The notes below the pieces were generated by a model that was not told the DNA's origin, did no database searches, and worked only from the letters and a program-made list of their open reading frames with translations. A program made the translations under genes and the position numbers. A DNA stretch of 64,000 nt from a bacterium (GTDB taxonomy: Bacteria > UBA8248): contig OZ244799.1 in NCBI GenBank assembly GCA_965219955.1, positions 864,001-928,000 of the forward strand, read 5' to 3'. Each line of letters begins with the position of its first letter. Positions within the stretch are counted from its first letter, which is position 1. Below, piece by piece: positions 38,359-49,338 of the stretch.

Positions 38359-38719
38359 TCGTGGACGCAGACGGAGGGATGAAACCTCCCCTGAGCGCGG
38401 GTATGCTCCCGGTTTTTGAATTCGTGAAAAATTCGATAAATACCGATAAATTACTGAAAATATCTGCGGATAGAATGAACTGTATATTTTCCTGTAATTT
38501 AACTGGTTGCCGGATAATATTAAAGTAACACATTAAATAATTACGGAAATTTATCGAATGAAAAGTTTTTTTCAGCCCCCGCATTTGCCCGCAATTGCGC
38601 GATCTGATGCCGCGCCCTCCCGGTGGGCCGCCGCCCGCCTTCCCGCGCCTTGTGGCCTCGGGTTCCGTGGGTGGTGTATAACGTGGCCGGACTTTGGATG
38701 GTATCCTCTGGAGGCGGTG

Positions 38720-39781
38720 ATGGCGAAGCGCGTGGTGGTGGCGATGAGCGGCGGGGTGGACTCTTCGGTGGCCGCTGCCCTCATGGTGGAGGGGGGGTAT
38801 GAGGCCATCGGCGTGGGGCTTCGCCTGGCGGACAGGCCCGCGCAGGAATCGTTCCACCGGGGCTGTTGCGCGCCGCGCGATCTGGCCGATGCCCGCGCCG
38901 TGGCGGCACAGCTCGGCATCCCCTTCTACGTGATGGACGTGCGCGAATCCTTCAGGGAGAGCGTGATCGAGGACTTCGTAAACGAGTATGAAAACGGCAG
39001 AACGCCCGTGCCCTGCGTCAAGTGCAACCAGGTGGTGAAGTTCGACTATCTCGCCGAGCGCGCGATGGCGTTCGGCGCGGAGTTGCTCGTCACGGGCCAT
39101 TACGCCAGACGGGTGGAGGTCGGCGGGAGGCTGAGCGTCGCCAGGAGTCTCGACAAACAGAAGGACCAGACCTATTTCCTCTTCGGCATGACGCAGGAGC
39201 AACTCGCGCGCACCGCGTTCCCCCTGGGGGAGTTCACGAAGGAGCAAACGAGGGAATACGCCAGAAAACTGGGCCTTGCCACCGCGGAGAAGCCCGAAAG
39301 CCAGGAGATCTGCTTCGTGCCGAAGGATGACTACCGCGCTTTCCTCAAGACGGAGAAACCGGGCATCGACAGGCCGGGAGACATCGTGGACCTGGAGGGA
39401 AACGTGCTCGGCAGACACGGGGGGGTAACCAACTTCACCGTGGGGCAAAGGCGGGGCCTCGATTTGGGTGGCGGTCCGCCGCGCTACGTGGTGGAACTCG
39501 AAGCGGATTCGGCCACCGTCGTGGTGGGTGAGCGCGGGTCCTTGGCGCGCGAAGTGTTCTGGGCCCGGGACGTGCGCTGGTCGATTCCCCCCGAATCCGC
39601 GGATTTGCAGGTGCAGGTGCGGCACCGGGGCCGCGCCGCCGCCTGCGACGTGACGCCCGGAGACGACGGGACCGTCGAGATCAGGCCCCATGACCCCACG
39701 TATCTGGGCGCCGTGGCGCCCGGGCAGGCGGCCGTTTTCTACGCCGGCGACGTGCTCTACGGCGGCGGTTGGGTGGCCTAG
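38720..39781 (+). CDS. mnmA: tRNA 2-thiouridylase MnmA
   Basis: [54 protein letters not shown]. Confidence 0.97.
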   Translation: MAKRVVVAMSGGVDSSVAAALMVEGGYEAIGVGLRLADRPAQESFHRGCCAPRDLADARAVAAQLGIPFYVMDVRESFRESVIEDFVNEYENGRTPVPCVKCNQVVKFDYLAERAMAFGAELLVTGHYARRVEVGGRLSVARSLDKQKDQTYFLFGMTQEQLARTAFPLGEFTKEQTREYARKLGLATAEKPESQEICFVPKDDYRAFLKTEKPGIDRPGDIVDLEGNVLGRHGGVTNFTVGQRRGLDLGGGPPRYVVELEADSATVVVGERGSLAREVFWARDVRWSIPPESADLQVQVRHRGRAAACDVTPGDDGTVEIRPHDPTYLGAVAPGQAAVFYAGDVLYGGGWVA

Positions 39782-39782
39782 A

Positions 39783-40406
39783 GTGAAACGCATCCTTCTC
39801 GCTGCGATGGTGTTGTTCCTGGCAGTCTCTGCTTCCGCCCAGGAGCAGGACAAGAACCCGGAAGGGGCATACCTTCCGCTGCTCGGCTCCCATCAGGGCG
39901 AGCTGCTGGTCGCGCGCCCGGGTATGCCGGACGGTCGGTTTCACCAGAGCGTCATTCTTCTGGTGGAACACAATGAAAATGGGGCTTTCGGGCTGATAGT
40001 GAATCGTGTGGCGCAGAGAATTCCGCTCTCCGCGCTTTTCAGAAGTTTTGGTATCAAGGCGCCTCGAGACATGAGCCAGGTGAACATCCACTACGGTGGA
40101 CCCGTGTCGCCCGACACCGGCTTCGTGCTCCATACGACAGAACATGAACTCAACGTGATACACGACGTGGGAGAGAATGTGGCGATAAGCCCGGTGGATG
40201 CGGTCCTCCGGGCCATGACCCGAGGCAAACGACCCGAGAAAATCGTTATCGCGGTCGGCTACGCCGGCTGGGGCGCCGGGCAGTTGGAGAGCGAGATGAA
40301 GCGCGGAGACTGGTATACGGCGCCTGCGGATCCGGATATTTTGTTCGATGATGATCATGCGAGCAAATGGAGCCGGGCCATGGAGCGGCGATTCCGGGTG
40401 ATGTAG
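39783..40406 (+). CDS. YqgE/AlgH (DUF179) family protein with N-terminal signal-like extension
   Basis: LLVARP, F-SVILLVEH, GAFGLIVN, GGPV, GYAGWGAGQLESE. Confidence 0.88.
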   Translation: MKRILLAAMVLFLAVSASAQEQDKNPEGAYLPLLGSHQGELLVARPGMPDGRFHQSVILLVEHNENGAFGLIVNRVAQRIPLSALFRSFGIKAPRDMSQVNIHYGGPVSPDTGFVLHTTEHELNVIHDVGENVAISPVDAVLRAMTRGKRPEKIVIAVGYAGWGAGQLESEMKRGDWYTAPADPDILFDDDHASKWSRAMERRFRVM

Positions 40407-40519
40407 GTTCTACGAGGGCATCAATGATCCGGCGAGTTTATATCGGGCGCCACGCGGCAAGCTCAGCGAGTTCCTCAACGGTGCTGTTCGGCTGGAAAAC
40501 TTCCCGCACGATCCTGCTG

Positions 40520-40864
40520 CTAGCCCGGCGGCCATTCCATGCGGCGTCCGCCCAGGAGGTGAAAGTGGATGTGAAAGACCGTCTGGCCCCCGTTTTCTCC
40601 GCAATTCGCGACGATACGGAATCCTTCTTGCGCGATTCCCCGTTTTCGGGCGATTTCATTCGCAACAACGAAAATCGAGCCAATCAGCTCCTTGTCCGCA
40701 TCCTGTATTTCGTGGAGCGTCTCCATGTGTTTTTTGGGGATGATCAGAATATGCGTGGGCGCCGCAGGGTTGACGTCTTCAAATGCAAACAATGCGTCAT
40801 CTTCATACACTTTTTTGCAAGGGATCTCGCCGGCTACGATTTTGCAAAAGACGCAAGATTGCAT
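40520..40864 (-). CDS. hinT: Histidine triad nucleotide-binding protein
   Basis: CVFCKIVAGEIP, GGQTVFHIHFHLLGGR. Confidence 0.93.
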   Translation of the reverse strand: MQSCVFCKIVAGEIPCKKVYEDDALFAFEDVNPAAPTHILIIPKKHMETLHEIQDADKELIGSIFVVANEIARKRGIAQEGFRIVANCGENGGQTVFHIHFHLLGGRRMEWPPG

Positions 40865-41095
40865 TTTATATCTCCAAAATGGTGAGAGTATGCAAACGAT
40901 GGAAAATTCTATCCGCAAGTTATGCCTATGACAAACGCATCTGTATCCCGAGGGTATGAAGAAGGGTTCCCGCTCTTGCGCGGAGGCGGGATTCAGCCGG
41001 TTCTGGTATGATTTCCGGATAGAGAAAAACACCTGCCCGGTCGTGGGCTTACATCTCAAAATCACATGCCGACTTTAGCGGAAGGAGAAGTTCGA

Positions 41096-42487
41096 ATGAA
41101 TATAAGCCGAATGCTCGTCGAGCACGTTCACGCCATTACATATGATTCTCTGCCCGATGAGGCCAGGGACCGCGCAAAGTATTTCCTGCTCGATCACCTC
41201 GGCGTTACATTGAGGGCGATGGAAGCGGCCAGTTCCCGGGTTTTTCATAATTTCGCCCAAAAGCGCGCTCCCCGGGGCGGGCCGTGCTCCATCATCGGTT
41301 CGGCTTTGAAAACGGATGCCCCTCATGCCGCGCTGGTGAACGGCGGCGTGAGCCACGCTACCGAAATGGATGATGTGACTACGCGCTCCAGCCTGCATCC
41401 CGCGGTCAGCGTCATGCCCAGCACGTTAGCCGTTGCCGAAGCGCATCAGCCCGACCCGAAGCGCGTGATCGCCGCTATCGTGGCAGGCTATGAAGTGACC
41501 AATCGCATTGGCAATGCCGTGAACCCGACGAGCCACTATGAGCGCGGGTTCCATCCCACGGGCACCTGCGGCACTTTCGCCTCCGCGATTACGGCGTCGA
41601 AGCTTCTGGGGCTGTCGGTCGAGGCCACCTCCAATGCAATGGGCATTTCGGGCAGCCAGGCGGCGGGATCGATGCAATACCTGGATAACGGCGCCTGGAC
41701 GAAGAGGTTTCACCCGGGATGGGCGGCGCATAGCGGTATCATCGCCGCCTATCTGGCCCAGGAGGGATATACGGGACCGGAAGATATCCTGGGCGGGAAG
41801 ACGGGATTTTTGCATGGCCATAGCGATGACTATTCGCCCGAGTATGTTGTGGAGCACTTTGGGGAGTACTGGGAAATCTGCGAGAGCGCCATAAAGCCCT
41901 ACGCTTGTTGTCGCTATAACCACGCTTCAATCGACGCCACAATCGAAGTCTGCAAAGCGCATGATATTCAGCCGGAGGAAATCAGACGAGTTAAAGTCCG
42001 GGTTCCAGAGACGAGCGTGATGGTGGTCATCGAACCCTATGACATGAAAACAAATCCGCAAAACATCGTTGATGCGCAGTTCAGCCTTCAATATGCAGTG
42101 GCTGTAGCGATTCTCAGGCGCGCCGCAGGACTTGATGAGTATGCCGACGATTTCCTTCGCTCCCAGGTTTACTCCTCGATCATCAAGAAAATTGAATGTT
42201 GCGGCGATGCCGAAATGGAAAAGGAATTTCCGGATAAATGGCAGGCGCATGTCGAAATCGAGACCGATCGCGGCGCTTTCGAAGCGCATCAGGATTATCC
42301 AAAAGGGGATTCGCGCAATCCGTTGACGTGGGATGAGTTGATCGAGCGATTCTACGTGATGACGGCCCCGGTGCTTGAAAAGGAAACGGGGGATTTGCTG
42401 ATCGAGCGGGTGAGGAATTTGGAAAATCTCAACAGCATCTCAGAGGTCATGGAACTTTTGTCCAAAGGGCAGGGAGTTCCAGCCTGA
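41096..42487 (+). CDS. MmgE/PrpD family protein
   Basis: HATEMDD, LHP, GFHPTG, TKRFHPG, KPYACCRYNH, AQFS. Confidence 0.9.
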   Translation: MNISRMLVEHVHAITYDSLPDEARDRAKYFLLDHLGVTLRAMEAASSRVFHNFAQKRAPRGGPCSIIGSALKTDAPHAALVNGGVSHATEMDDVTTRSSLHPAVSVMPSTLAVAEAHQPDPKRVIAAIVAGYEVTNRIGNAVNPTSHYERGFHPTGTCGTFASAITASKLLGLSVEATSNAMGISGSQAAGSMQYLDNGAWTKRFHPGWAAHSGIIAAYLAQEGYTGPEDILGGKTGFLHGHSDDYSPEYVVEHFGEYWEICESAIKPYACCRYNHASIDATIEVCKAHDIQPEEIRRVKVRVPETSVMVVIEPYDMKTNPQNIVDAQFSLQYAVAVAILRRAAGLDEYADDFLRSQVYSSIIKKIECCGDAEMEKEFPDKWQAHVEIETDRGAFEAHQDYPKGDSRNPLTWDELIERFYVMTAPVLEKETGDLLIERVRNLENLNSISEVMELLSKGQGVPA

Positions 42488-42534
42488 TGATTCATAAGCT
42501 GGGAACGAGGCCGTTTCAAATCGGGCGCTTTGTT

Positions 42535-43260
42535 TTATAGGTTTGCTTGTGCGGTTTTTCCATTGTTGAATCGCTGGAAGATGGAAATTCCCAGGGCTAA
42601 ACGCATTGCAAGACGCTTGAGGAGGTGAGTCGCCATCCTTTCTTGGTATCGCTCGGGATCTCTTGAGCCCAAGATGAGAAAGCCGATGATTCCCTCATTA
42701 ATTTCCAGAGGAACAGTGGCGGTCGAATGAATATTTTCTCTCAACGTTTCTGGAAAGAGTGGGCCTCCGCTTCCTTCTAGTTTGCTTTTGAGCACAACGC
42801 CCCCTTCCATGGGAACGAGTTCTTCCTCAATTTTGGCAAGTGGACGAATGCGGGATGATTCCTCCGGATTAGCAGCAATCACCGGAATACCATCGATAGG
42901 TTCCAGAAGTAAGAAACCTGCGTATTCAATTCCAAAGCGTGATTCGATATTTTGGGCGATTCTTGTGAGGCTCGTTACCGAGGGCGCTTGTTCAAACAAA
43001 AGTTGTTCAATGGCCAAAAAGTCTTTTTCGATCTGCTCATTTTGGCGAACGAGTTCTATCGTTTCATCAAGGAGTCGTATCAGATCCTCTCTTTCGCCTT
43101 TTAAGCGGTCAAACAGTTTATCACGCAAGTTGAGGACTTTTGCTGAAGTGCTGTCTTGAGTCAGCAGACCGCTTTGGCGAAGCAAGTCTGGGTGTTCTAT
43201 GAAAAAACCGGGATTTTCTTCCAGGTAACATACGACATCATCCGCCGAAATCGGCGCCAT
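42535..43260 (-). CDS. DUF484 family protein
   Basis: VVCYLEENPGFFIEHPDLL N-terminus; LILGSRDPERY C-terminus. Confidence 0.75.
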   Translation of the reverse strand: MAPISADDVVCYLEENPGFFIEHPDLLRQSGLLTQDSTSAKVLNLRDKLFDRLKGEREDLIRLLDETIELVRQNEQIEKDFLAIEQLLFEQAPSVTSLTRIAQNIESRFGIEYAGFLLLEPIDGIPVIAANPEESSRIRPLAKIEEELVPMEGGVVLKSKLEGSGGPLFPETLRENIHSTATVPLEINEGIIGFLILGSRDPERYQERMATHLLKRLAMRLALGISIFQRFNNGKTAQANL

Positions 43261-43438
43261 TTCGAATCTCCTTGAACGGCATATGAATAAACAAAGGGCG
43301 GGTGATGGGAAAAGCTTGGAATTATCAACAAGCTTACCACCCCAGTTGGGGATTGACAAAAACCTTAGAGCGAATAAAAACATCTAAACGATTGACGGTG
43401 GCTTCGATAACAAATTTTATCCAGATAGCGAGGAAATT

Positions 43439-44362
43439 ATGAAAACCTTAAAGCCAGGAAGCGTTACTATCGGTTTCGTCGGGATAGGAAAGATGGGAAA
43501 ACCCATGTCGAAAAATCTGAGGCATGGCGACTATACGGTGGTTGCTTATGACACGAGACCAGAAAATATGAAGGCTGTTGCGGCTGATGGCGTGCAAGAG
43601 GCTGAGAGCTTGAGCGATTTGGCGAGTCGCGCCGATGTTGTCATTACAATGTTACCTGATAGTGACGTCGTTGACGCAGTAGTGGATGGATCAGATGGAC
43701 TATCCTCACACCTGGATAAGGGGAAATTGATTATCGATATGAGTTCTTCCTACCCGATAAGGACTAGTATTCTCGCCTCGCGTGTGGAAGAAAAGGGATT
43801 GCACCTGATTGGAGCGCCGGTCTCGGGCGGCGTAGTTGGAGCGGAAGCCGCCACATTGGCGATCATGCCGGGTGGTCCCAAGGAGATTGTGGATGCGGCG
43901 ATGCCTATTTTTGAAACGTTGGGGAAAACGATTGTTCATATCGATGAAACACCGGAATCTGGACACGCAATGAAATGTGTAAATAATTTTCTCTCAGCCA
44001 CGAGCTTGCTCGCATCTATGGAGGCCATGGTTTTGGCATCGAAGCTGGGCCTGGACCCGGAAAGGGCGCTTCAGGTCTTCAATGGAGGCTCAGGCATGAA
44101 TAGCGCTACAAAAGACAAATGGCCTCGGTTTCTCCTGCCGCGGGACTTTACCTGTGGGTTCTCCACGGGGTTGATGCACAAAGATCTCTCGATGGGGAGC
44201 GATTTGGCACGCGAATACGGTGTGGCGGCGTTTTATTTGAATCAAGCTCGGCAGATGTATGGTCTGGGTGTGCAAAAATTTGGACCAGATTCAGATCAGA
44301 CGGAATTATTGCAAATGTTTGAGGAATGGTCTGGAAAAAAGGTGGGTGAACCACCTGCGTAG
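43439..44362 (+). CDS. Beta-hydroxyacid dehydrogenase (3-hydroxyisobutyrate DH/GarR-like)
   Basis: GFVGIGKMG, APVSGG, AMKCVNN. Confidence 0.88.
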   Translation: MKTLKPGSVTIGFVGIGKMGKPMSKNLRHGDYTVVAYDTRPENMKAVAADGVQEAESLSDLASRADVVITMLPDSDVVDAVVDGSDGLSSHLDKGKLIIDMSSSYPIRTSILASRVEEKGLHLIGAPVSGGVVGAEAATLAIMPGGPKEIVDAAMPIFETLGKTIVHIDETPESGHAMKCVNNFLSATSLLASMEAMVLASKLGLDPERALQVFNGGSGMNSATKDKWPRFLLPRDFTCGFSTGLMHKDLSMGSDLAREYGVAAFYLNQARQMYGLGVQKFGPDSDQTELLQMFEEWSGKKVGEPPA

Positions 44363-44518
44363 CAGGGGACCGCTAACTAAGCGGATGGATCCCATAACAA
44401 AGTGTTTTTCCTCATAATGTTTTCAGTGTAAGCTGATGTTATGTATAGTATTGGTGTTTTCGAGAATGTCGATTTTCAAAGGGTTTTGATTATGTCTCGA
44501 AAATAGAATCGAGGAAAT

Positions 44519-44890
44519 ATGCATAAACCTTCGTTACAGCTTATTACGGGTTTTATTATTTTCCTCTTGCTTCTTCCGGGTGTGTCAGGATGTGGCAATA
44601 CCAGAAAGCAAATGGGGAAATGGTGGGAGAGGAATGTTGAGAATCCGATTAAAGGCTTCAAGAATCGACAACTAATCGTCACGTCGAATCCACCACAGGC
44701 AGATGTTTTCATCGATGATATTTACCAAGGAAAAACACCGCTGCGCCTGAAATTTAAAACCGGCATGAAAGATATTTTCAAGGGCTTTACCGTATCAGTG
44801 CAAAAGAAGGGATATTTGCCTGTCAGGCGTACCGTGTCGTATCGGGCCGAACGAGTGACGTTTAGCTTGATCAAGAAGAAAAGAAAATAA
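44519..44890 (+). CDS. PEGA-domain lipoprotein
   Basis: VSGC lipobox; VTSNPPQADVFID-YQGKTP. Confidence 0.75.
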   Translation: MHKPSLQLITGFIIFLLLLPGVSGCGNTRKQMGKWWERNVENPIKGFKNRQLIVTSNPPQADVFIDDIYQGKTPLRLKFKTGMKDIFKGFTVSVQKKGYLPVRRTVSYRAERVTFSLIKKKRK

Positions 44891-45041
44891 GAGGAATGAA
44901 AAAGATAATCAGTTTGTTAAGACTTAGAATTGACTTTTAGCGGCTGGATTGATAGATATCCTCTTCGTTATGGCCGAAAGTTAGGGAAATGGTTGATTTT
45001 TAAGACCAAAGCATAATTTGGGCTTCAAGGAGATTTTTTGA

Positions 45042-45359
45042 ATGTATGCTGTAGTGGAAACCGGCGGCAAGCAGGTACGTATTGAAACGGGAGATCAAAT
45101 CTTGGTCGAGCGTTTGCCCGGTAATGTTGGAGAAAGCGTCGAGTTTGAGGATGTTCGACTTATCGTAGATGGAGAAGAAGTTGTTGCAGATAAAGAGGCG
45201 TTGAGCAAAGCTAAAGTAAAAGCGGTGATTCGTGACCACGGGCGTGGACAAAAAGTTGTAGCTTTTCGATTCAAACGCCGCAAAAAAGTTCGGACCAAAC
45301 GAGGGCACAGGCAGCCTTATACTCAAATAGAAGTGACAGACATCCTCGCTTCAGGATGA
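45042..45359 (+). CDS. rplU: 50S ribosomal protein L21
   Basis: MYAVVETGGKQ, GHRQPYT. Confidence 0.98.
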   Translation: MYAVVETGGKQVRIETGDQILVERLPGNVGESVEFEDVRLIVDGEEVVADKEALSKAKVKAVIRDHGRGQKVVAFRFKRRKKVRTKRGHRQPYTQIEVTDILASG

Positions 45360-45371
45360 AAGGAATAGAAT

Positions 45372-46697
<1,326 letters not shown>

Positions 46698-46698
<1 letters not shown>

Positions 46699-47849
46699 TG
46701 AGCGAGACGATGATCAGAAGAAATGATCCTGTACTCAAGAGTCGGCGCATTGTAGTCAAAGTGGGAAGCTCGGTTTTGACAGCATCTGATGAATTGGGCG
46801 TGAACCGTAGAGTTTTGGGACGCATCGCCTCCCAAGTGGCGAAACTCAGAGAAGAGGGTAGGCAAGTCGTTATGGTTTCATCTGGTGCCATTGCGGCTGG
46901 TGTGAAAAGGCTGGGTCTTAAAGGAATTCCTAAAGCAGTTCCTGAACGCCAAGCCGCCGCTGCAGTTGGCCAGCCCATCTTGATGGAAGCATATGGCCGT
47001 GCATTCAAACAGAGAGGCATCGAGACGGCACAGGTGTTGCTCATTCATTCAGATTTAGATGAGAGAAGCCGATTTCTGAACGCTTGTAATACTTTTCAAG
47101 CGTTGATTAACAAAGGTGTGCTCCCAATTGTGAACGAAAACGATACAGTTTCCATTGAGGAAATCCGTTTTGGGGACAACGACACATTGGCCGCCCAGAC
47201 AGCCCAAATAGTTCAGGCAGGTCTCGTCATTATCTTGTCAGATGTAGCGGGTTTGTATGATGAGGACCCTAGGCGATCAAAAATGGCGCGTTTGATTCCC
47301 CGTGTTGAGGGTCTGCCCAAGGAAATTACCTCAGTCGCAGGCACCAGTTCGAACCCACTTGCTCACGGGGGAATGCGTACGAAGGTTGAAGCCGTTAATA
47401 TCCTCAATAAAGTGGGTATTAGCACACTCATAGTGAAGGGGCGAGACCCCAACATTATCGAACGTGTCGTGATGGGTGAACCGTTAGGGACGCTTTTCGT
47501 GCCGAATGGTGCGCGCCTAAAGGGGAAAAAGGGCTGGATAGGAACCACGGCTAAAACCCGCGGGTGGCTTAAACTCGATAGCGGTGCCGTAAATGCCATG
47601 CTGAAGAGAGGAAAAAGTCTTTTGCCGAGTGGTGTATTATCCGTTGGAGGGAATTTTCGTTTTGGTGATGTAGTGGAGATACGTGATACTCAAGGAGTGG
47701 CATTTGGACGAGGACTAGCGAATTATTCGAGTGATGATGCTACTCGAATCGCAGGGAAACAAACCAAAGAAATCGCCTCTATTCTCGGAAGCAAGGATTA
47801 TGATGAGATCATTCACCGAAACAATTTCGTTTTGATTGAAGAAGAATAG
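46698..47849 (+). CDS. proB: Glutamate 5-kinase with PUA domain
   Basis: VVKVGSS, VSSGA, NENDTV, GDNDTLAA, GGMRTK. Confidence 0.97.
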
Positions 47850-48543
47850 TAATAGCCAAGGAGAGCGATTGCGCATCGGGATTCTAGGCGGGACATTTAA
47901 CCCGATTCACTATGGGCACCTCCGATCCGCCGAAGAAGTGTATAAAGAACTGATGCTTGATGAAATCAGGTTTGTTCCGTCTGCTTTGCCGCCTCATAAA
48001 CCGAAAGATGAAGTCGCCTCAGCGGATGACAGGCTGAAAATGGTTCGTATTGCTTTGGAGAATTATCCCGCATATGTATGTGATCCCGTTGAAGTAGAGC
48101 GGGGAGGGGCATCTTATACCCTTGATACTTTGAAGGAACTTACGAGAAAGATCCCTGACAAAAATGATATGTTCTTCATCATCGGTGCGGATGCGTTTCT
48201 TGAGTTGGGCACATGGCACAAGCCAAAAGAGGTTTTAAGCGCCACTAATTTTGCTGTTACTTTGCGAGGAAATCAAAATACTCCAGAGTATTTCGAAATG
48301 CTTCTCCGAGTGATTCAAGAAATTGAGCCAAGTTATTTCATCAACAGATTCTTAAAAGAAGTTAAATCTACTGATAAGAAGCGGGTGATAAAATTTATTC
48401 CGATCACTGAAGTTGACATTTCAGCAACCCGGATCAGGCAGCGCATAAAAGAGTCATCCTCCATACAGCATTTATTGCCACGCGAGGTCGAACTCTTTAT
48501 AATTCGCCGCCGATTATATGGGCATTCGGGAGTTGTTCGCTAG
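47836..48543 (+). CDS. nadD: Nicotinate-nucleotide adenylyltransferase
   Basis: GGTFNPIHYGH, PPHK, SYT, IGAD, ISAT. Confidence 0.95.
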   Translation: MKKNSNSQGERLRIGILGGTFNPIHYGHLRSAEEVYKELMLDEIRFVPSALPPHKPKDEVASADDRLKMVRIALENYPAYVCDPVEVERGGASYTLDTLKELTRKIPDKNDMFFIIGADAFLELGTWHKPKEVLSATNFAVTLRGNQNTPEYFEMLLRVIQEIEPSYFINRFLKEVKSTDKKRVIKFIPITEVDISATRIRQRIKESSSIQHLLPREVELFIIRRRLYGHSGVVR

Positions 48544-48572
48544 AGGCTAAAGATTGAGGAGGATGGAGGCCT

Positions 48573-48929
48573 ATTAAGAAACTAGAGAATCGTCTTCATG
48601 CTCTCCAAGAGTCATTAGAAGCGAAGAAAGCCATGAAAGTAGTGCTTTTGGATCTTCGATCTCTATCCGTCGAGGTGGATGCATTTTTGATTTGCCATGG
48701 AACGAGCCTCCGACATGTGCAAGCGCTTTGTGAGGCGGCTAGGGAAAAACTCAAGAGAATTGGGGATACTGTATTATTGACAGAAGGGTTAACTGAAGGA
48801 AATTGGGTGTTGATGGATTGTGGTGATTTTCTTGTCCACATATTCAATGAAAAGAGCCGAGATTTTTACCGACTAGAAGATTTATGGTCGCACGCATCCG
48901 TCATCAAACCAATAGCACCTAGTGCTTAG
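48573..48929 (+). CDS. rsfS: Ribosome silencing factor; probable ATT start at 48573 (first ATG at 48633)
   Basis: KKA-VVLLD, WVLMDCGDFLVHIF, RDFYRLEDLW; synteny after nadD. Confidence 0.9.
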   Translation: MKKLENRLHALQESLEAKKAMKVVLLDLRSLSVEVDAFLICHGTSLRHVQALCEAAREKLKRIGDTVLLTEGLTEGNWVLMDCGDFLVHIFNEKSRDFYRLEDLWSHASVIKPIAPSA

Positions 48930-48957
48930 ATCATCAGTATGAAAGTTGAGGTTCAGA

Positions 48958-49323
48958 GTGAAGCATTTGACTAAAAAACAGCTAAGAGATTTAGCAGAAA
49001 GATTGAATGCAGTGCGCCGCGAAATACTTGGGGATGTTGAGAAAAGTAAGATACACACCAAAGAAATCGGTGATGATGGGACTCAAGATATTGCGGACAT
49101 GGCTGCCGACACCTATTCTCGTCAGGTTTTAATGGATTTAGGAGAAAGGGAGCGGGAGCGTCTGCGGGAAGTGGAAGCAGCATTCCAGAGGATAGAAGAA
49201 GGACTTTATGGTATTTGTGAGGAGTCGGATGAGCCGATTCCCTATTCCCGCCTGGAAGCGATTCCCTATGCCCGTTATACAGTGGCGGCTCAAAATGCAA
49301 TTGAAAGGCGCGGCGGTAGTTAA
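48958..49323 (+). CDS. TraR/DksA family protein (single-Cys type)
   Basis: DIADMA coiled-coil tip, YGICEESDEPI, RLEAIPYA. Confidence 0.85.
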   Translation: MKHLTKKQLRDLAERLNAVRREILGDVEKSKIHTKEIGDDGTQDIADMAADTYSRQVLMDLGERERERLREVEAAFQRIEEGLYGICEESDEPIPYSRLEAIPYARYTVAAQNAIERRGGS

Positions 49324-49338
49324 ATACCGGGCTGTGAG

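Noticed and set aside
37824-38528. 234-aa ORF across the tandem array
   Set aside because: The 47-bp period shifts frame in each unit, and there is no protein-level repeat or recognisable domain
43322-43342. DnaA-box-like TTATCAACA upstream of the DUF484 gene
   Set aside because: One imperfect box plus weak neighbours; insufficient alone
44407-44449. dif-like site (cataa...ttatgtatagt)
   Set aside because: Arm spacing is 7 rather than 6 bp in one register, and the XerD arm lacks TTA in the other
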